This document shows positions 25,447 through 35,900 of a stretch of 64,000 nt of DNA, piece by piece. The notes beneath the pieces are model-generated. The model did no database searches. It worked only from the letters and a program-made list of their open reading frames with translations, and was not told the DNA's origin. Source of the stretch: Takakia lepidozioides (lineage: Eukaryota; Plantae; Bryophyta). A program made the position numbers and the translations under genes. Location of the stretch: positions 12,028,001 through 12,092,000 of the forward strand of contig CM060731.1 of NCBI GenBank assembly GCA_030704615.1. The letters run 5' to 3'. How positions within the stretch are numbered: the first letter of the stretch is position 1; every line of letters begins with the position of its first letter.

Positions 25447-27174
25447 ATGGAGGAGATGTATGGAGCTACCAAGGGGCCACGAAGGTACTCTGGGGCGGTG
25501 GGCACCATCGAGTTGGATGATTTTATCCAAGAGTTTGATAGTTGGTGTGATTTGCAGCAAATACGCAATCCACAACTATTTACGCCTTTCATAGCATGGA
25601 AGGGGCTGCTTCAACACCTTGAGGGGCCGCCTATGGATGATTACCATGAGTTCAGGCGGGGGCATGAGGTTGAGATCGAGGAGTGGAGGATGTACTAGTC
25701 ACCCGACTATGTCTCCATCACTAGGGGCACTAGAGTCACGAGGGCAGTGGCTACACCTGCCGCTGCACTGGCAGCTTCAGCAAGCAGCAGTGGGACTAGT
25801 AGGACTGGTGGTACTGTAGCTACGACGTCCACCCAAGCCACTACCGCACCAGCACCAGTACCCGTGCCTGCCTTCAACCCTGTTGTGGAGTTCTTCAAAG
25901 AGTTGAGAGGGAACTACCAAGGGGTGAGGACAAAGAAGTTGCGGAGCTTGCAAGAGTTCCAACGGAAGCCTACTGAGAGCTTGAGGGAGGCTTTCACTCG
26001 CATGAGGCGCTTGATAAATGTAACCCAAGGGGTTACGGAAGCTCAAGCAGTCCAATTCTGGAATGGGATATTGGACAAGGAGCTGAGGAGAAGGGTGCGG
26101 GATGCAACTCTCCTACAAACGGCCCAACCCACCTTAGCAAATGTGTTTTTGCTGGCAAAGCGGATAGAGCTCAACATGGTCGAGGAACGAGTGGTCATGG
26201 TGGGATTTGCTAAGGAGACACCACGGGGTAGTGGTGCTCCTAGCCAACCACTACCTCAACGTGCTCAAGGCAACAAGGGGGCTCAGGTGAAGCTCAGGGA
26301 AGGGCAGAGAGGACATCAGATGCAGGGGTCTCTCCCTTCATTTGCTGGCCAACAACGGGCGGATGTGGTGTGTTGGACATGTGGAGGACCCCATGTCAAG
26401 AAGGATTGCCCAGAGGGAGGCAAAGGGCCGGCACATGCACAGCCTCCACAGTTGCAATGTGGGCATTGTGGCAAGCACGGGCATGGAGAGGCCCAGTGTT
26501 ATGGTTTGCATCCTGAGTTGCGCCCAGGCCAGTTCCAAGGGAACAATGGTGGCCGAGGGCGAGGTGGAGCAGCCCGGAGAGGACGAGGTGGCCAGGCACG
26601 AGGTGCAGGCCAAGGGCAAGCTCAACATGGCCAAGGACGCGGAGGTCAGGGTGTTGACCAAGGCATGGCCAACCGGCTTCAGCAGCTAGAGCAGAGGCTC
26701 ACTGCCATGGCTACAGCTCAGGTGGTACCGGCTCCAAGGCCGGATGGTCCACCTCCTGCTCCTGAGGGAGGAGATATGGGAGGCATGGGATTCATGTGCG
26801 GAGCAGCACTACCACTAGTGCAGGTGGAGTCTGCTGCAGCCGTGATTCGAGGAGCAGCACGAGTTCCTAAGCCACGAGGTGCAGAGGTGGAGTTGGATCC
26901 ACAGCGTGGGGAGGCAAGCCGTTAGGCTAGGCTTCCTCAGTCATTCACATTGGTGGAGACAGTGTTGACGCCATCCATGGCACCTAGTTCTCGCCCGACT
27001 ATTACCGAGGCGGAGGTTACTATGCCATTGGGGAGAACTACACGGGTAGCACCACTACCTAGTGTTGCCAAGGCTACGGCAGCTAGTGTGTTGCTAGGAG
27101 CGGCCACATATGTGTGTCAGGCTCCATTGTTCTCGGCTACCATTGATTGCGACGCCGGGGGTAAGACTAGCTAA
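25447..27174 (+). pseudogene. gag: Retrotransposon Gag (capsid-like region, two zinc knuckles, RGG-rich tract)
   Basis: One frame across 25240-27174 broken by TAG stops at 25696 and 26923; KLRSLQEFQRKPTESLREAFTRMRRL (major-homology-region-like); CWTCGGPHVKKDC (26371); CGHCGKHGHGEAQC (26458). Confidence 0.85.
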
Positions 27175-27379
27175 GGTGTTCAGGCTGGCAGCTACACTCT
27201 GTGAGAGTGGGGAGGTTACTTCATCTTCTGCGGAGATAGTGGGAGGTGTAGTGCCTGAGGAATCCTCGGATTTGAGGGTCAAGACTGCCACGGCAGCGCC
27301 ATGGCAAGTTGCAGCTGCCAGGTTGATGGAGCTACCAGCTAGGCCAGCCATTGAGCGCGCCATGGTGACACTTGGAGTT

Positions 27380-27760
27380 GTCATGTTGGACAACCAGGAT
27401 GACATTTTCTGTTGGAGTGGATCGGCAGGCAAGAGGTACCGGCCACTGCGGATCTCGTTGGACTCAGGAGCTCAGCCATTGATGCTGGGCAGAGCTGTTA
27501 TTGCAGGCTTGGGCCTCACGGAGGCGGATATGGAGCCTTGTCCTTTCCAGATACAGACGTCTCTCGGAGGATAGAAGCAGGCTCGGGGCATGACACGGCG
27601 TAAGTTGGCTATCAGACTACAGCCGGATCATCCTACAGATGGCTCAGTGATGAGAGCCAAGGCCATTGTGACAGACGCGGTCTCGTACGATGTCCTTATT
27701 GGTGGGGTAGTGTTGTACCCCATGGGCTTCACCCTGGATTTTTGGGAGGAGTCAGCTTCC
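27380..27760 (+). pseudogene. Retropepsin-like aspartic protease
   Basis: LRISLDSGAQPLMLG (DSGA at 27461-27472) and downstream SYDVLIGG motif; in-frame TAG at 27572. Confidence 0.75.
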
Positions 27761-28171
27761 TATAGGCCTGGATGGCAGTCAGGGGAGGGCCGACATGTGC
27801 AGCTCCCTGTGACGTTCATAGGAGGAGTTGCGGTTGCTCAGCGAGGCAAGATGCCGACATTAGTAGCATTCACAGCGGCAGTGAGTTGGCCTGGAGAGTT
27901 GCTTGAGGGCAACGCTCATTCAGAGGATGTGCCACCTCCGGGAGAGCAGGATGACATGTATGGTATGGCGGAGTTGCCTACCATGGTTGCTCATACTCTA
28001 TTGTGGGGCACGAGCAAAGATTTGCAGCGGGATGCTGATCGACGGATGCAACAAGCCTGGGTGGAGGCTTTTGTACCGTCAGGAGAGGAGGAGAGTGCGA
28101 AGATTGCACCAGGACCACCTCAGTTGTCTCCATTGGACACCACACCTATTGTGTGGCAGTATCCGGATGAA

Positions 28172-29093
28172 GACATTTGTCTTCTGGACTTGTTTGGCGG
28201 GATCAACACCGGATTGGCTGTTGTCTTACAGACAGGTGTACGAGTTCGGCGTTACATGTATGTGGAGAGGGATGAGACTGCATGACGCATCTCACTCCGT
28301 CATATTGCTCAGTTGGTGCAGCAGTACCCTGAATTGTTGTCGGTGTCTGCGGTTCGTGGATATCAGCAGGCCTTGCTAGCAGACATCTCTTTGCTGGGGG
28401 CGCAAGATTTGGAGCGGGTTGGCTCCATTGATCCGGTAGTGGCAGATTGGCCCTGCCAAGGGCATTCATCAGCCGGGCATGGCAATGGATTGCGAGACTT
28501 GAGGTCGGGTCTGTTTTGGGAGATGGTGCGGGTTTTGTGCCACTTACAGCTTCATCAAGCTGTATCTCCAGCATACATTTTGGAGAATGTGCCACTGATG
28601 GGTGATTCTCGAGCCAGGGTGATGGCAGTGTGCATCGAGTCCGGTCGTGGCTTGGGTCAGCAGTGTTGCTGGATGCAGCTACAGTGGGGTCACGGGCTCA
28701 TCGTCCATTGGCTATGGTGGATTAACTTGATGCCACCCGCACTGCTCAAGCGTGCATTCGATGGGGTGCAGCGGCCAGCACATCTCACAGTGGATAGCAT
28801 TCTGGACACAGGGAGGCAGTCTCAACGTGTGAGACACAATGACCGTTCGCCTTTGGCAGTGGTCAACAAGGTGGGTCAACCACGAGCAGCATTACCTACA
28901 CTGCTCAGCTTCCCAGGATCGCATGCTTTCCGGGATAGTGGGCCTGGCCTCCTGTGGGATGCTCAGTTACAGCAGTTAGTGGAGCCTAATGCTGACGAGC
29001 GTGAACGGGCGATGGGTTTTATTACTAGTACCACGGCAGTGTCGTCTCTTTCTGAGGCATCACGTCGTGATGTTGGGGCAAACAATGGATCAT
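28172..29093 (+). pseudogene. C5 cytosine DNA methyltransferase domain, DNMT3-like, within the retroelement polyprotein frame
   Basis: Motif I LLDLFGGI; motif II YVERD; motif IV DWPCQGHS (PC at 28451-28456) followed by SGLFWE; motif VI ILENV (28583); motif VIII GSRAHRP/LWWINL (28696, frameshifted); motifs IX-X ERERAMGF..STT..SSLSEASRR..LGQTMD. One TGA at 28283. Confidence 0.88.
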
Positions 29094-29319
29094 GGATGCC
29101 TACCGAGACGGTACAAGCAGTGAGTGGGGGCGAGCATGTGAGGACCACGGGGTGCAGACATCCATGGCACACGTAGGAGATGCTCGAAGTTCAGAGGGAG
29201 TTGGCAGCCAATGTGGCGGTGATAGATGAGGCTAGGGATTTTTCTCAGGTTGAGTAAGTCCTCGAGGATGAGATGATGGGGCAAGATGAGGCCTTGTCAT
29301 TGACTGAGCAGGTAGGGCC

Positions 29320-29650
29320 CTGGATGTCAATGCAGGGCGTATTATTCTAAGGGTTCGAGAGGTGTTGCCCTCAGGAGTCCTGATCTTGGAGGGTCGGGAT
29401 GGCATGACTTGGAAGGACCATGTGCGTAATTATGCGCCATGTCACCTTCCCAATGTCGATGACAGAGTTGACCCAAACTTGGCAGTGGTACCTGCAGGTT
29501 TGAGGTGCATGCTCTGTGGGTCTGCCAAAGGAACAGCCACCATGCTGGTGTGTGATCGATGCTCAAGGGGTTGGCATATGGGATGTTTGACACCACCTCT
29601 TGAGAAGGTTCCTGACGGAGATTGATTGTGTCCACACTGCTTGGGATAGT
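29320..29650 (+). pseudogene. Integrase-like C-terminal segment followed by a PHD finger (Cys4-His-Cys3)
   Basis: LDVNAGRIILRVREVLPSGVLILEG...; CMLC...MLVCDRCSRGWHMGCLTPPLEKVPDGD*LCPHC (the stop replaces the conserved W). Confidence 0.85.
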
Positions 29651-29909
29651 GGTAGTGGACATGACTGGAGGCAGCTTACAAGACATGGGAGGCCAAGCTC
29701 ATAGGAGTCAATACATGAGATCCCAAGCTCAAGTTCACAGATTGTAAGACGACGACTAACAATGGGGCAACTCTTGCACCCGGCCTCTTGATCTATCGAG
29801 TTTGAGTGTAGTAGGGATAGTGGTGGAGGACTTAGTGAGGCTATGGTCACTATCACATCTTGTGGCTACCTGAACTTAGAGGGACCTAAGCACCAGCTAG
29901 GGGGGCGAT

Positions 29910-30580
29910 TGTGTGGACTAGTGACTGCCATAGTGGGCAATATAGTGGCAGCCTAATGACTGACTAGTTGTAGCCTAGTGGTTGGATTAGTGGTGGACTA
30001 GTGATATACTAGTGTGTGGCGTGCACATGTGTTGTATGGTTTTGGACAACGATGTAGTTGTGTAGCGATATGTATGCGCACGACAGCTGTCAAGTTATTT
30101 TACCACTAGTGTGAAACTGGCTAGGAAATAACTAGCTTTTACATATTGACATTTGGGATTGGCCCAAGTGTCAATCCAGGGGTCAAGACAGATTTAGGCC
30201 CTGGAGTGGTTATCTTCACGGCAAGTGCGGGAGGGTCATCTTTCTCGAGTTGAGCCTCACCGCGCCTAGCTATGGCGCCATAGTGTGGATTCCCCATGGT
30301 GTGGGGTGCACTTGGCTTGACTTGTATTTGAGTGATGAGTTTATATATGCATGAGTTTATGCTTCAGCTTTGTGAGCTCGCATGAGCTTGTGCTTGTATT
30401 CTTCTTCTTTATCATTGTGTGGACTAGTGACTGCCATAGTGGACAGCATAGTGGCAGCCTAGTGACTGACTAGTTGTAGCCTAGTGGTTGGACTAGTGAT
30501 ATACTAGTGTGTGGCGTGCACATGTGTTGTGTGGTTTTGGACAGCGATGTAGTTGTGTAGCGATATGTATGCGCACGACA
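29910..30580 (+). repeat. Two LTR-like direct repeats (29910-30085 and 30416-30580), each TG...CA
   Basis: tgtgtggactagtgactgccatagtgg...gatatgtatgcgcacgaca occurs twice, 330 bp apart; PPT-like AGGGGGGCGA precedes the first copy. Confidence 0.85.
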
Positions 30581-30604
30581 ACCGCAATAGAGGTGCATTC
30601 TTAA

Positions 30605-31375
30605 CCCTTAAACTATGACACCATTTTGGTGGGCCCACTAAAAATAGTACATACGCTCATGGATCATGGTGTAACTTTTTATCTCCAATCATCAATATGG
30701 ATTAACCTCATATTTATGAGCATATCTACTACATCCATATCCCATGAAAAGTGGAGTCAATTTGACCATTGCATTGGGAGATTATAACAAAATAATTTGC
30801 CCCAATTTGTAATTGTATTTTAAGATTGCATGGAAAAAACGGTTTGACCACTAAAGTCAAGTGTCAAGTTGAATTTTCTGAGGCATGTGCCCTCCATAAT
30901 TTGATTATATGGCACCTGAGGACCCTCTCTTCCAAAAATTAGACCGAAAGTCCAAAAACTGAGATAGGCTGCATCGTATGAAAATTTGTTGGGTAAAATA
31001 TCATGGTTTGACTTCTTTCCCAAATACACCCATGACGTGATATTTGTTGCCTAGTTCCTCTGGTAAGTAAATGCATACCGAAATTACATAGTGCCTTGTC
31101 CAAAAAAATTGGCATTTTGATAAATTTTCAAGATTGCCCATTTGACCTACCACGTGGGCAGGTCAACCGTTTTAGATACTGGATTTCCAAACCCATGACA
31201 CTTTGAAAATTTCGAGGGAGCAGAGCTTTAATTATTGTAGGACACTGTAAATTCCCACATGTGCTTCTCCCTAATCTGCACACTTTATTTTCAGGGATCA
31301 CTTCCATCCACTGTTATCCATGAAAGTTGAATCGAGGCGAAAAACTGAGAATTGGGTTGCATCGTTGTTTAGGGG
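30605..31375. mobile_element. Second piggyBac-like non-autonomous element
   Basis: TTAA 30601-30604 + CCCTTAAACTATGAC; ATCGTTGTTTAGGGG + TTAA 31376-31379; TIR resembles that of the 7342-8373 element. Confidence 0.58.
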
Positions 31376-31479
31376 TTAAGCTATTATAATGTTTGTCCAC
31401 ATTTTCACCACAATTGCATTGACATAATGATTCATTGCCTACATGCCTCGATTGTATATTTGGTGGGTTTATCGAAGTC

Positions 31480-31800
31480 TTGGTCGAGGTTTCTCTAAGC
31501 ATGCAACACTTAAATTGCTTGTCGAGGTTTTCATATCATTTAAATGTTTGGTATACTTCATATCAGGATCATGCACCAATTTATGGTAGGCTATGAACAA
31601 GTAGAAACCGCGGTCGAGGTTTCCCCAAACATGCACCACTTAAATTATTTGCAAATACGGTGGAAACTGCGATCGAGATTTCCCCGAGCATACACCACTT
31701 AAATACACTTCACATATATGTATGGTGGAAACCACACTGGAGGTTTCCTTCACCACTTAATTACTTGCAGCAACTGATTTGTGGTTTCCCTGAGCATGCC
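31480..31800. repeat. Imperfect ~60-bp tandem repeats
   Basis: gtcgaggtttc.c..a.catgca.cacttaaatt recurs 4-5 times. Confidence 0.65.
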
Positions 31801-32901
31801 TAATCCATAGAAATGATCTTCCTTGCAACTTGCACACTCAAGCAGGCACCAAACCAAACTAAACTAAACCCAAAACTCATTAAACACCTAATAAACCCCT
31901 AAAGCCAACCTTAAGTCTAAACCCTAAAACATGGAGCATGGCCAGCACTGCATGGAGCATGCTGATGAGCCTGTGGCGAGGAGGAAGAGGGGCCAGTGGG
32001 CCCGGAGCTGGGCGTGGCTTTTTGACATTAATGGCACAATGCATTTAATGTGTCGTTAATGGCCCTAACCATGCACGGACAAGCCCTCTCTTTAGGCTAA
32101 TCCTAGCTTACAAATAACCTGAGGCGAAAGAAAATGCTTTGTTGGAGCAGCGCTGCTGTTTGGTCAGTTGTGAGGCGGTGTGTGGCGAGAGGACTCAAGT
32201 GGCGAGCTTAAGAACTTACGTGTAGAGGGTGGTGGTCTGGTGGGACCCTGGAGCGCACTCCACAGACCCACGGGCACATCATCTTCCATTCCTTGCTGAG
32301 GCTTGTCTGCAAAAGCTCGCACATTTCGCCCATGCGCACATGTGGCTCTTTGTAAGCACCGCCTTTTTATGTTCTTACAGCTTGTTTTAAACCTCCTCGG
32401 GTTAAATTAGCCAGATACATCATGGCTGAAAAACAAGCTGAGCTGAAAGTGAAATTGTTTTATTCTCAACCAATGCCTGCATGGTTTTAGGACTGCGATG
32501 GGATGGGCTTGTGTTTTTTTTGGGGAACGAGTCACCTTTCTCTTGTTGACAACAAGTGGGGGGAGTAGGTTCAGTTTAGTACGTAATACTTGCTATAACT
32601 AGTGATGTTATTAGACAAGCCAGTATATGTAGTACAGTGTGCAGTTGGTAGAGCTCAGCTGCCAGGGTCCTCGAGCGATGAGCCCTCTTTTCCCCATCCA
32701 CGCATCCTGCCTGCATCTTCACTATGGTAATAGCAAGAGTGTTGGTGGACAGAGAGAGGGGGAGGGGGAGCAAGGGGGCCAGTGATTTTGAGTTGAGGAG
32801 GAAGGTAGTATGAATAGAGGATGGAGAAGATGAGCGGCGAGATCAGGGAGAGAGAAGACAGGGGCGGTTGAATTGCGTGGTCCGTGTGGAGAGAGGGAGA
32901 T

Positions 32902-35900
32902 ATGGCAGGGGAGGTGACTACATTGGCGCAAACGCCCACATGGGCTGTGGCATCGGTAGTCGCTTTGTTTGTGGTGCTGTCCCTTTTCGTCGAACGCGGC
33001 ATCCATAAGCTGGGCCACGTGAGCCTCTCTCCTAATTCTTCAGCGGATGTTCTGTATTTTTAGCTGAATGAGGTATAAGTTGACGGAGAGTGGGAGGTAA
33101 AGAAAGAAACTTTAAGAGTCCACGCAAAGAGAGAGCGTGAGATCAGAGAGATTATCACAGCTCCAGGAATTCTACAGCTGCACCGTGGTGGGATTGTTGA
33201 GTTCCAGGTCAGAGAGACCTCAATCCTCTGTTGGTAAATTGTCGCGAATTTGAGGGAATGAAAATTTATCGCCGTAGATCTTCCCAGCGCTAAGTTGTAT
33301 AACTGAGAATTTCTGGACAAAACTCTCAGCCTCCCTCTCAGATCAAACTGTTTAGAATCCCCCTGGTGCACATATCAGATTGTACTCTTACCATGCTTTT
33401 TTTACCATCACCGAATAAATGGCAGCTAGCCTACGGTGGCACAATGGTTTCTCTCTCATTTGCGAATGCACCAGATTCACTAGCCCGCACGGACAGTCTA
33501 ATTGTCAGTCTTCTGTGTTTCCTTTTTTTGAACGTGTCGTCCACAACTGCGTTTTCATTTCTCAACGATATCACTTTCCTCCCTCTCACTGTTTCGAACT
33601 GTCGAAGTGGTGGTACGTCGCATAGGCAACGACGGGGGAACAGATGTTAAGGATTTAACGATGCCAAGTGAGTAAGCAAGAACGGTGATGAATCTGTGGT
33701 AACTCTCCATCAGTAATTCAGCTCGGTGCAGCGTGTCCTCACCTCTGTAGAACAAGTGCTTTCTCCCGAATAACGATTGTTACACTTATCTTGATCATCT
33801 ACGTTTTCTTTCTCTTCCCTTGTATCCGTTTTTTATAATCTGTACTGTCACCAAAGTCTTGTCAACTGATGTGAGCGGCCCAAACTGCCCACTCAAACAC
33901 CGAAGTTTCCGCAAAACCAGTTTATGGGTAATCCTTCTACAAACTATGAAAGGGTATAGAATTGATTGGACTGGATATTTCGCACTGTAGCCATGGCATT
34001 CAAGTAACCCTAATTTGATGACGATGTAGAGAACTTGCAGACGGTTTCAGGTGAACAAGCCTTTGTCTTTGCACACAGTGAGGGCGCCTGATGCAATAAG
34101 CGTCTGTTCCATTGCCCTGTGAAAGTACATGCGTTGCAACACCTGAAATAATTGCAGCAACTTAGGGACATGGGTGTTACCAATGAAAAACATATCTGAT
34201 AGTTTTGTGTCAATTGCTGTCTTATCTTGCAGAAGCTGCTCAAGAAGAAACAAAAAACTCTCAATGCAGCTCTGGAGAAGGTGAAAGATGGTTAGTTTTT
34301 CCCTCCACCTCCTCCCACGTTCACCATGTTTCTATGCCCTCACAAAACATGTGGTTGATTGTGTCAACATTGCTGACAGCATTTTTAACCCCTACCCCCT
34401 TCCAATTTGAAAGGTATGTGGAGTGTTATCCCCATGCCCAGGATACTTTGCCCTTCCAGCTGGTAGCGGGGTCACCCGTTCAGGGTAGAGAAGGAGAAAC
34501 ACTATTTCACCTCTCCAGGAGGCCCAAAGGTCCCATCGGACTAGTAGAGAGAAAAAAGGAAAAAAGGATTTTGTTCTAGGATGGGCAGACTGATCCTCAA
34601 GAGGGGTGGTCACTTTCCAGAATGAAATCGAAGGAACTGAAGGAGCTCAAGAGAACCCGAAATCAACCTGATGAGTACACTCTGTTGTCTTTCTCTGGCT
34701 TCAGAGCTGATGCTGCTGGGGTTCATCTCGCTGCTGCTCACAGTTTTTCAGGGCTACATAACCCGCCTGTGCATGCCACAGAGGTTTTCAAGATACATGC
34801 TGCCCTGTAAATATGTCCGTCTGATTCCCCCAGCAGGTCCAGAGATTGCACCCAGTGGCCGAAAGCTGCTCTTGGAGGGGATGCGACGAAGCTTGGCAGA
34901 GGCATCGTCATGTTCAGAGGTAGTACTGCCGACGGGAGGTTTGTATGCACTTCCTTTTGAATGAATCATATGGGAAGCTAGAGCTGATATCAGATGTGTG
35001 TTTGATAGGGTCTCTTTGTGTCCATCCCTTTGTCTTGTGCGGAGCTATAGTACCTTTGTCTCTCGCTCCACTACACCCTGCCCCATGTAGATATATTGGT
35101 CAGTAGCTCTGCCTTACTGGACTTATACGGGAATCCTGGGGCAACCGAGTAGCCCTGGGTTCCCATCATACTAGTGCTTGCTCATAAGTGAATGCTTGTG
35201 AGCTATTTCACAGGCGCCACCTGCGCTGAAAGCCCAGTAGCAATTACTATTCTATCAAGAAAGTTCTTACAGTTCACAATTTCTACTTCAGCAGCATCCA
35301 CAATTTCGAACTTGTGGGCATTAACTGTAACCCTAACTTTGTTTTATGTTGCTTGGTGGAAAATTTGAGTCTGTGCTCTGGCTGAAAACCTGAGCCTATG
35401 TGCTCTTCCAGAAACAGCCAAGAGGAGAGTATTTCCTTCTCAAGTGTTCATCTAGAGGAAAGGATGACTCAAGAGGATCTGTAGGGGAGGGGATGCAGGG
35501 GAAAGTCCCGTTTATGTCCGCGGAGAGCCTACATCAGCTGCATATCTTCATATTTGTGATGGCTATTGTCCATGTGCTCTATAGTGGCTTGATCGTGCTT
35601 CTTGGATTCTACAAGGTTGGTTGTTTTTGTGCTTGTGGTGTAAGTTTGTCCATTTCTGGATTAACCGAAAACAATAGAACAAAGAAGAAGAGATGTATCA
35701 TGAGTGAGTGAGGGGACAGTGTGAAGTGGTGTGAGAGAGATCACAACTTTTTTGTTACATGAAGTTGCTTGTTGAGTGGCATCCGTTGGATTAGGAAGTA
35801 CTAGTACATCTATGTTGCCAGGGTAGTGATAAATACTTGTCAATTCACGCTTGTAAGCAGGTACATACCTGGAAGAAATGGGAAGCGGAAACTGGTGCAG

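Larger units (their letters stand above)
21579..30580 (+). mobile_element. Decayed, internally deleted Ty3/gypsy-like LTR retroelement carrying a DNMT3-like cytosine methyltransferase and a PHD finger
   Basis: Flanked by ACCG (21575-21578, 30581-30584), with the hAT frame rejoining as LLRLCPRV; gag-PR-DNMT-PHD coding remnants; purine tract AGGGGGGCGA before a TG...CA repeat at 29910. Confidence 0.8.

Noticed and set aside
28172-29093. Host DNMT3 gene or bacterial restriction-modification contamination
   Set aside because: Intronless, in frame with gag/protease, embedded in a retroelement among plant genes, with no restriction enzyme partner
31850-31930. Telomere-like AAACCCT repeats
   Set aside because: Only a few degenerate units
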